Assembly: GCA_965250085.1 (NCBI GenBank)
Contig: OZ252287.1
Location: forward strand, 638,934-678,933
DNA length: 40,000 nt
From: Candidatus Altimarinota bacterium
GTDB lineage: Bacteria > Patescibacteriota > Gracilibacteria > CAIRYL01
Direction of reading: 5' to 3'
Positions 8,694 to 15,960 of this stretch are shown in pieces. The translations under genes and the position numbers were made by a program. Numbering within the stretch: position 1 is the first letter of the stretch; every line of letters starts with the position of its first letter. The notes under the pieces are model-generated. The model was not told the origin of the DNA. It ran no database searches and was given only the letters and a program-made list of their open reading frames with translations.

Positions 8694-9116
8694 TTACCCA
8701 AGTTGATCTACTCTTCTCTGATGTCTGCCACCTTCAAACTCTGTAGAAAGAAATGTCTCAACTGCTTTTTCCGCGATATCAAAATCAATGAGTCTTCCTC
8801 CCAATGCAAGGATCTGAGCATTATTGTGCTGGCGGGCCAGGCGGGCCATTTTTTCGTTAGTACAGAGAGCACATCTGGCTCCGGGAATACGATTGGCAGC
8901 TATGGAAATACCAATACCACTTCCGCACACGGCTATCCCAAAAATGTCATCCTCTGTGCATTTCTCGCCAATGAGTTTGCCATACTCTGGATAATCAACC
9001 GACTCCTCCGAAGAGCATCCCAGATCTTCGATTTCATATCCCTTGTCCTCCAGAAATATTTTAAGATGTTCCTTGAGAGCATATCCAGCGTGATCAGAAG
9101 CAAGTGCTATTTTCAT
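8694..9116 (-). CDS. rpiB: Ribose-5-phosphate isomerase B
   Basis: MKIALASDHAGYALKEHLKIFLEDKGYEIEDLG...GIAVCGSGIGISIAANRIPGARCAL...ARQHNNAQILALGGR are canonical RpiB/LacAB blocks. Start at ATG 9116. Confidence 0.9.
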   Translation of the reverse strand: MKIALASDHAGYALKEHLKIFLEDKGYEIEDLGCSSEESVDYPEYGKLIGEKCTEDDIFGIAVCGSGIGISIAANRIPGARCALCTNEKMARLARQHNNAQILALGGRLIDFDIAEKAVETFLSTEFEGGRHQRRVDQLG

Positions 9117-9195
9117 ATTGAAGAAGGAGGGAGAAAGTGCGAAGACATTCTCCCATTTTTTCTGTAAGTTTTTCAAGCTTCAGCTCCAAAGAATA

Positions 9196-10389
9196 CTACC
9201 GCTCCCACTCCCAGCGTCTTTTTTCGAGCCCAGATTCTCCTGTATGGGTATCAACAAGTCCTCCAATATTGAGTTGTACCGGCGTACGAACCTTTTCTCC
9301 AGAGGGAAGTTTGCGAACAACGATCATGGTAATATCATCTTCTTGTTTTTCGTATTCTTCCATGAAGGTACTAAAATCCTTCGTTACACCATCAAAGATT
9401 CGCTCTGCAGTTCCTCCTTTAACACAATATTTTCGAAATGATTCTTGCAGTGTGTCCACACTATACATTTCTCCTTTTGGATTTTTTCCTTCGGTGATTC
9501 CATCGCTATAGAGCAAAATGACGTCATTCTCTTCGAGAGAAATATTTTTTTCTTCAATAAATGATTCCAAATCTGGCGCCATTCTGAGAGCTATTCCACC
9601 AGTAGGAATTTTTTCAACAATCCGTTTTTGAGCCCTGTAGATCAAAATATATTCATGACCTGCCCCTATATAATGCATCTGCTGCTTGACCTCATCCCAC
9701 CTGAGCATTACCAGTGTCATAAATTGCTGAGACTTGAGCCTTTGATGCAAAATAGTATTAATCTTAGTAAGGATTTCATGGGGGAACATGCCATGCCGTG
9801 CAAAAGCGTGAATGAGAGTATTGACCACCATCATGACCAGCCCTGCTGGAACACCGTGTCCCGTCACATCTCCAATATAAATAATCATATTATTGTTCTG
9901 TTTTAAGAAGTCAAAAGAATCTCCGCCCACCTGAGCCGCTGGACGAGTACGTGCTACAACATCAAGTCCCAAAATATCTGGAGCTTTTGAGGGGAGGATA
10001 TCCTGCTGAATCCTTCGAGCAATATCAATCTCTGACATGAGTTTTTTATTTTCAATAATGTCTTTTGAAATATTTTCAACACTCAACGTTATCTTATTAA
10101 AAAAATGAGTGAGCACCCCTATTTCATCGGCAGAATGTGGATTGAGACGTTGATATTTTTTACCGGTCAATAAATGTTTTACTTCTGAAGTAAGGCGAAA
10201 TACAGGGCTTGAAACAAGAAAAATAAAATACAAAAGAATCATTAAAAAAAGTGAAGGAATTCCTATATATATAACAGATGGAGGAAAAGATTGAGTTCTC
10301 TCAAAAATATAGACCGCACTTCCAACAGCACAACCTCCGAGAAGAAGTAAAAATCCAAAGAACTTGAATGTGAGGCTTCGAAGGATCAT
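9196..10389 (-). CDS. Membrane-anchored HAMP-domain PP2C/SpoIIE-family serine phosphatase (RsbU-like)
   Basis: Two N-terminal TM helices. HAMP-like linker (VFRLTSEVKHLLTGKKYQRLNPHSADEIGVLTHFFNKI). SpoIIE/PP2C core (ARRIQQDILP...VGGDSFDFL...GDVTGHGVPAGLVM...LYSDGITE). Confidence 0.85.
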   Translation of the reverse strand: MILRSLTFKFFGFLLLLGGCAVGSAVYIFERTQSFPPSVIYIGIPSLFLMILLYFIFLVSSPVFRLTSEVKHLLTGKKYQRLNPHSADEIGVLTHFFNKITLSVENISKDIIENKKLMSEIDIARRIQQDILPSKAPDILGLDVVARTRPAAQVGGDSFDFLKQNNNMIIYIGDVTGHGVPAGLVMMVVNTLIHAFARHGMFPHEILTKINTILHQRLKSQQFMTLVMLRWDEVKQQMHYIGAGHEYILIYRAQKRIVEKIPTGGIALRMAPDLESFIEEKNISLEENDVILLYSDGITEGKNPKGEMYSVDTLQESFRKYCVKGGTAERIFDGVTKDFSTFMEEYEKQEDDITMIVVRKLPSGEKVRTPVQLNIGGLVDTHTGESGLEKRRWEWER

Positions 10390-10405
10390 GTTGGTATATT
10401 AAGGA

Positions 10406-11212
10406 TTAAGGATTATGTATTTGTTTTTGAAATTCATCGGGAGTGATATGAATCATTTTTGTCATTCCTACCAGATCAAAAATTTCGAATATTTTTTCAG
10501 GAACATTTTGGAGTACTAAGTCACCGTTTTTTTTCTTCATTTTTTGTTTCCAATCAGCAACTTTTGCAAGAAATGTAGAATTGCAAAATTCAAGATGTGA
10601 AAAATCTAAAATCAAAAGCGTCGGTTCTTCTATATCATCAATAAACGAATCTATTGGCTCTGTATTTTTTTGAAATGTCACATCATCTATCTGCCCAGAA
10701 ATAGGAAGTTTTTCTAAAGGGAGATGTGGATTGGGAAGACTTTTAAGCGAAGTATTGGCATGTATTTTGGGTACAGATTCTTCGCCTTCCACCAATATTT
10801 TCGTAAAAATCATGCAAATACCTCCTCTGGTACCATCATGTACTTTCAAAGAATCTGCCCATTTGCTAGAAATTTGTGCAAGTCCTCGACCCGATTGCTT
10901 TCCGAGATCTGTATTCGATTCTTCTGCAACGATTATTTTTTTTAGCTCCTGGGCCGAAATTTTCTTTTCTCCTCCTTCGTCTTCAAGAGAAACTTGAAGA
11001 GTCGGGTCTTCAAACTCAAAAGTAATGTAAATATTCGATTCCTCTGTAGATCCATACCGAACTGCATTCATGAACAATTCATCAAACACAAGCTGTAGGT
11101 GCGAAAGGGTGCTTCCTTCAAATCCACATTCTTGAAATACACACATTGCAATGCTCCTAAGAGCAGGAGCAAGGTGAATATTGGCAGGAATGGTGAGAGG
11201 ATACCTCTTCAT
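10406..11212 (-). CDS. Fusion protein: RsbW/SpoIIAB-like anti-sigma serine kinase (HATPase_c) plus a C-terminal STAS (anti-sigma-antagonist-like) domain
   Basis: N box FDELFMNAVRYGS, G1 LEDEGGE and G2 QSGRGLAQISS occur in the first ~150 aa. The C-terminal ~100 aa (LLILDFSHLEFCNSTFLAKVADWKQKMKKKNGDLVLQNVPEKIFEIFDLVGM) matches the STAS pattern, including a Ser/Thr at the usual phosphorylation position. Confidence 0.8.
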   Translation of the reverse strand: MKRYPLTIPANIHLAPALRSIAMCVFQECGFEGSTLSHLQLVFDELFMNAVRYGSTEESNIYITFEFEDPTLQVSLEDEGGEKKISAQELKKIIVAEESNTDLGKQSGRGLAQISSKWADSLKVHDGTRGGICMIFTKILVEGEESVPKIHANTSLKSLPNPHLPLEKLPISGQIDDVTFQKNTEPIDSFIDDIEEPTLLILDFSHLEFCNSTFLAKVADWKQKMKKKNGDLVLQNVPEKIFEIFDLVGMTKMIHITPDEFQKQIHNP

Positions 11213-11276
11213 GGAGTGTGTTTTAATCCTTTCATTGTACCAAAAAAAAGGAGCAAAAGGAAGAAAAGAACTACTC

Positions 11277-12071
11277 TTATACCACTTTTTTACTCTTTTT
11301 ACCTCTTTTTTCTGATATGTAAAATATCCAGGCTCCGACGAGTATGACCAGCACTGAAAGAATTTGCCCTAGAGAAAAAATACCTACTGGAAATCCAATT
11401 TGTGGATCTGGTTCTCGAAAAAACTCCACGAAAAATCGGAAAATTCCATACACAATCAAAAATCCTCCAAACAGCCTTTTTCCGCCAATCTTTGTGTTCT
11501 GACACAGAAAAAAGAAAAGGAGAAACAAAATTGCATCTTTTCCAGCGGCATAAAGCTGTGATGGGTGGCGCATGATTCCATCACCAAAATTTATTGCCCA
11601 TGAAACATCTGCCACCCTCCCTATGAGTTCTTTGTTCATAAAATTGGCAATTCTCCCCAACATCATTCCAAGAGCAATCGCTGGGGGGACAACTCCTGCC
11701 ATGTTCCAAACGGGAATATTTTTTTTCTTGAGAAAAAAAATGGCCGCCAAAGCTCCTCCCAGTAATCCTCCATGAATACTCATTCCGCCTTGCCAGACAG
11801 CGAAAATGCTCCAGGGATTATGGACAAAATATTCAAAATTATAGACCACGATATAAAAAATACGTCCTCCGATGACGCCTCCGAGAAATGCCCAAAAAAC
11901 AAAATCTAAAAGTGTTTCGTTTGAAATATGGAGATTTCGTTTTTTTGCAATATATCGCACCAAAAAATAGCCAAGCACTGCTGAAAGTGCATACATGGCT
12001 CCATAAAAATATATCGGCACGGAACCGATTTGCACAATAATGGAGGGATCAGGAAAGAATTGGATATTCAT
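11277..12071 (-). CDS. lgt: Prolipoprotein diacylglyceryl transferase
   Basis: Polytopic membrane protein with Lgt blocks: PIYFYGAMYALSAVLGYFL, GGRIFYIV, WQGGMSIHGGLLGG, GRIANFMNKELIGR and HPSQLYAA. Confidence 0.9.
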   Translation of the reverse strand: MNIQFFPDPSIIVQIGSVPIYFYGAMYALSAVLGYFLVRYIAKKRNLHISNETLLDFVFWAFLGGVIGGRIFYIVVYNFEYFVHNPWSIFAVWQGGMSIHGGLLGGALAAIFFLKKKNIPVWNMAGVVPPAIALGMMLGRIANFMNKELIGRVADVSWAINFGDGIMRHPSQLYAAGKDAILFLLFFFLCQNTKIGGKRLFGGFLIVYGIFRFFVEFFREPDPQIGFPVGIFSLGQILSVLVILVGAWIFYISEKRGKKSKKVV

Positions 12072-12082
12072 CGTGAGAGATT

Positions 12083-12895
12083 TTACTGAGTTTCTTCTGT
12101 AGCTACCAGAGCTAAATGATCCCCCAGAAATGGGGGATCTATTCCTGCAAGTGAAACTCTTTCACGATACTGCGTAGATTGATCAAATATAATATCTGCA
12201 AGTTTTCCATGTTCACCATAAAGAAGTGGAATCAAAAACTGATATTCACGGCTTCTTTGTTTTCGTCGAGCTCGTAATTGGCTTCTCCCTTCATCGACAT
12301 CTCTTCTCACAGCTCTCTCGAGAGTTTTATGAGGATCATCAACAATAAGCAAATGAATGACTTTTGTGTTCGTACTTCTTCGTAAAGGAGCAACTATTTC
12401 TGCATTCATAGATCCTTCTGTAATAATTTCTGATGCATTTTGAGGAACGGGGATAGAAAGCCCTTTCCCATTCTGCACTGTTCCTGTCATACGATCATAA
12501 TATTGTGGAATATGAACATCACCACCCGTTTCCATTGTTTCCAATATGTTCACAAGAGCAAGCTTCATAGCACCCTGGTCACAGTATAATTTTCGAAAGG
12601 CTTCAATTCCATCAAGCAACATTCCCTCTTCTCTTTCATGACCCTCCCTGTTTGTTGCCAGAAAAAGATCCATCGGAAGTTCCACAGTCATGGATCTAGA
12701 AAGCCCTAGTCGTTCTCGTATTTCTTCAACCTGCCTTAAAAATGATGTCTTTCCGGTTCCAGGGAGTGCTGAAATTGAAAATAATAGCTTTTGATCATTT
12801 TGATTCTCCAACCAATCTTCATGTGCCTGTAAGATCATTCCCTGTAAATCAGAAATTTTAGAGGTTAATTGTGGTTTTATGTCTAAAGACTTCAT
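12083..12895 (-). CDS. P-loop kinase, uridine kinase/phosphoribulokinase-like family
   Basis: Walker A ISALPGTGKTSFL. PQYYDRMTG resembles the P-x-YD motif, and LERAVRRDVDEGRS resembles the RRxxRDxxERGR lid of the Udk/PRK family. Start set to ATG 12895, because the track extension to 13030 overlaps the gdh 3' end. Confidence 0.55.
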   Translation of the reverse strand: MKSLDIKPQLTSKISDLQGMILQAHEDWLENQNDQKLLFSISALPGTGKTSFLRQVEEIRERLGLSRSMTVELPMDLFLATNREGHEREEGMLLDGIEAFRKLYCDQGAMKLALVNILETMETGGDVHIPQYYDRMTGTVQNGKGLSIPVPQNASEIITEGSMNAEIVAPLRRSTNTKVIHLLIVDDPHKTLERAVRRDVDEGRSQLRARRKQRSREYQFLIPLLYGEHGKLADIIFDQSTQYRERVSLAGIDPPFLGDHLALVATEETQ

Positions 12896-12951
12896 ATATT
12901 CAAAAAATACAAGAGTATATTCTAATAATTCCTTAAGAAATAACAAGGTTT

Positions 12952-14195
12952 TTATGCTTTTCCTCTCATCACTAGTGTCGCTTCCAGTCTTTCGAGAGCC
13001 GTAATAAATGCTGCTTGGCGCATAGTGCACCCATATTTCTTTTCATTTTCTACTACCTTAAGAAGCGCGTCTTCCATAATACATTTGAGTTTTTCCTGTA
13101 TCACTTCTTCATCCCAATAGTGATTCGTGTTGTTTTGAACTTGCTCAAAGTATGAGACGGTCACTCCACCAGCATTGGCGAGGATATCTGGGATTATTTC
13201 AAATCCTTTTTCTGTGAGGATTGCATCTGCTTCGGGAGTGATGGGGCCATTTGCCAACTCTACAATGATAGGTGCTTTGACTTCACTGGCATTTTCAATA
13301 GTGATTTGATTTTCATATGCGGCAAGTACCAGAACGTCTACATTTGTAGTGAGAAGTTCTTCATTGGTGATTTTTTTTCCCTTGGATACGCCTGCACGGT
13401 GCGTTTTTCTCGTTTTACCTGCATTGCGATTTCTGGATCAAGTCCTCCCTCCACAAAGATTCCTCCTGCGGAATCAGAGACGGCTACTATTTCTACTCTT
13501 TTGGGTCCAAGTTTTTTGAGAATTTTTGCCATATTTGCTCCGGCATTTCCAAATCCCTGAATCGCAACTCTCATTTTGACAGGGCACGATCCTTTGACAT
13601 CACAAAATTTATGAATCACATAGGCCCCTCCCTGCGCAGTAGCAGTTGCACGCCCCTTGCTTCCCCCAAACTCCAGAGGTTTACCAGTAACCACTCCCAA
13701 AACGTTGTATCCACGAAGAGTGGAATATTCATCTGCGATCCAGCTCATGATTTGAGCATTCGTGTACACATCAGGAGCAGGGACATCTTTTTTAGGCCCA
13801 ATAATAGGAGCAATACGACGAGTATATCCACGCGTCAGTGCTTCCAATTCTCGATCAGAAAGTTCTTTGGGATTACAAATCACCCCTCCTTTTCCTCCTC
13901 CGAGTGGAATATCTACTACAGCACATTTCATTGTCATCCATGCGGCAAGCGCCTTCACTTCGTCTATGTTCACATCCCAATGATAGCGAATTCCTCCCTT
14001 TGCGGGTCCGCGCAGAGTAGAGTGCTGCACACGATAGCCCTCAAACACCTTTGTTTCTCCACTGTCCATTTTTACTGGGACAGAAACATGTAAGATTCGT
14101 TCTGGTTTCCGAAGGATCTGTTGTACATCTTCGCGAAGATTCATGATCTTTGCCGCATCTTCTATCTGCCGGAGGGTACTTTCATACAGAGACAT
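12952..14195 (-). pseudogene. gdhA: Glutamate dehydrogenase (Glu/Leu/Phe/Val dehydrogenase family), split by one frameshift in a poly-A run
   Basis: N-terminal ORF 13338..14195 carries the catalytic block KGGIRYH...PLGGGKGG and the NAD(P) motif IQGFGNAGA. C-terminal ORF 12952..13257 carries [10 protein letters not shown]...[16 protein letters not shown]. Translating 13258..13370 in the C-terminal frame gives [47 protein letters not shown], which joins the two halves. The frames switch in the T8 (coding-strand A8) run at 13371..13378. Confidence 0.85.
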
Positions 14196-14428
14196 AGAAA
14201 CAATTACGAGTTACGAATGCAGAATTACAAATATGAATTTCTAAAAGCTAATGGCTAAGAGCTAAAAGCTTACAAGATGTACCACTCAAAAACAGCGCAT
14301 GTAACCTGATTGTAGTAAAGAAACAGGGAAAAGCGCAAATAAAAGGATTTTTGCTCTGCAAGAAATATAACAATTTTTCATTTGAAAAAACTCTCTTGAT
14401 TTTGTAGTACATATGTAATACAATAGAC

Positions 14429-14737
14429 GTGTATTCACTAAAAAGAATCCCTAAAATGCCCACTTCATACGTTTCTAAAGATGCTTCTATACAAGTGCGT
14501 CTACCGGCAATAATAAAAACAAAAGCCAGAAAAAATGCCAAGGTTTTAGGTCTTTCTCTCTCTGATTATCTTCGTTTTCTGATCATATCCGACACCAAGG
14601 AAGCAAAAATAACCGCTCAGAGTATACAGTTTTGGTTAGATGTACAAAAATCAGAAGAAGAATACAAAGCAGGTTTAGCAACAGAAACTTCTGCCCAAGA
14701 TCTTATTCACATCGCTCAGCAAACCAGAAGTAAATAA
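14429..14737 (+). CDS. Putative ribbon-helix-helix type II antitoxin
   Basis: IQVRLPAIIKTKARKNAKVLGLSLSDYLRFLI fits a CopG/RHH strand-helix-helix pattern. Its stop overlaps the toxin start (TAATG). An alternative start is at 14456. Confidence 0.6.
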   Translation: MYSLKRIPKMPTSYVSKDASIQVRLPAIIKTKARKNAKVLGLSLSDYLRFLIISDTKEAKITAQSIQFWLDVQKSEEEYKAGLATETSAQDLIHIAQQTRSK

Positions 14738-15054
14738 TGAAAATTTTTAAATCACCACAGTTTGTTCGGCTTTTTAAAAAATACGTTCGTAAAGTAACAA
14801 GAAACCAATTGAAAGAAGTAGAGGTGAATCTTAAGATGTTTGAAAAAAACTGGAAAGATCCCAGACTAAAAACTCATAAATTAACTCAGGTAAAAGGGAA
14901 ATGGGCATTTACTGTTTTGAGAGATAAAACAAGAAATGACCGAATCATTTTTATTTTTAAGATACAAAAACTAAAAAGAACAACAGAAAAAGCTATATGG
15001 TTATTAGGGGTAGGAACACATGATGAAGTGTATGGAAAACAAATAAAAAGATGA
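14737..15054 (+). CDS. RelE/YafQ/ParE-superfamily type II toxin
   Basis: 105 aa basic protein. DPRLKTHKLTQVKGKWAFTVLRDKTRNDRIIF matches the typical RelE/YafQ-type pattern (LxxHxLxGxxxGxWxxxI...RIIF). There is a 1-nt overlap with the upstream RHH gene. Confidence 0.7.
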   Translation: MKIFKSPQFVRLFKKYVRKVTRNQLKEVEVNLKMFEKNWKDPRLKTHKLTQVKGKWAFTVLRDKTRNDRIIFIFKIQKLKRTTEKAIWLLGVGTHDEVYGKQIKR

Positions 15055-15121
15055 TAAAAATTTCTATTTGAAAAAATCTTCTGCTTTCCGCATGATCAGA
15101 TCGCATGTTTTTTAATAAAAA

Positions 15122-15916
15122 ATGAAACAGTATCTTGATTTGGCACGCCATATTATGAAGCGTGGAGTGGACAAAGGCGATCGCACCGGTACTGGAACCC
15201 GAAGCGTGTTTGGGCATCAGATGCGATTTGATCTTTCCGAAAAATTTCCCTTACTCACCACAAAAAAAATGTTTCTTAAAGGAGTTATTTATGAGCTCCT
15301 TTGGTTTTTACAAGGAAGCACCAACACCAAGTACCTCACTGAGAACAACGTGCATATCTGGGACGAATGGGCAGATGAAGACGGAGAACTTGGGCCAGTG
15401 TATGGGAGACAGTGGCGACACTGGGAGAGTAGAGACGGACGAGTAATTGATCAAATTTCTAAAATTGTAGACCAGATCAAAAAGAACCCTGACTCACGCA
15501 GGCATATTGTAAGTGCCTGGAATGTAGGAGAGATTGAGAATATGGCGCTTCCACCATGTCATCTCCTGTTTCAGTTTTATGTCGATGACGGTAAATTATC
15601 CTGCCAGTTGTACCAACGCAGTGCTGATGTCTTCCTCGGTGTGCCGTTTAATATTGCGTCCTATGCGCTTCTCACCCTGATGATGGCTCAGATATGCGAC
15701 TTGAAACCTGGAGAATTTGTGCATACTTTTGGTGATGCGCATATCTATACTAACCATTTTGAGCAAATTAAAGAGCAACTCAGTCGTAAGCCACTCACGC
15801 CCCCAGTTATGAAGATAAATCCTAATGTCAAAAATATCTTTGACTTTACCTTTGAGGATTTTGAATTGCAGGAATACGAATATCATCCAGCAATTAAGGG
15901 GAAAATATCTGTGTGA
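15122..15916 (+). CDS. thyA: Thymidylate synthase (ThyA)
   Basis: [65 protein letters not shown] (catalytic Cys) and [20 protein letters not shown]. Confidence 0.95.
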   Translation: MKQYLDLARHIMKRGVDKGDRTGTGTRSVFGHQMRFDLSEKFPLLTTKKMFLKGVIYELLWFLQGSTNTKYLTENNVHIWDEWADEDGELGPVYGRQWRHWESRDGRVIDQISKIVDQIKKNPDSRRHIVSAWNVGEIENMALPPCHLLFQFYVDDGKLSCQLYQRSADVFLGVPFNIASYALLTLMMAQICDLKPGEFVHTFGDAHIYTNHFEQIKEQLSRKPLTPPVMKINPNVKNIFDFTFEDFELQEYEYHPAIKGKISV

Positions 15917-15960
15917 TCTGATGAAATAATACTTTAGAAACTTTATAGCTTTAAACTGAG

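Noticed and set aside
12896-13030. N-terminal extension of the P-loop kinase ORF (track start 13030)
   Set aside because: The extension overlaps the conserved 3' end of gdh (stop at 12952) in another frame and has no recognisable sequence. The ATG at 12895 gives a clean, non-overlapping gene.
14248-14541. 97 aa minus-strand ORF between gdh and the TA pair
   Set aside because: It overlaps the antitoxin start region antisense, has a hydrophobic low-complexity composition, and covers the gdh upstream motif. It is probably non-coding.
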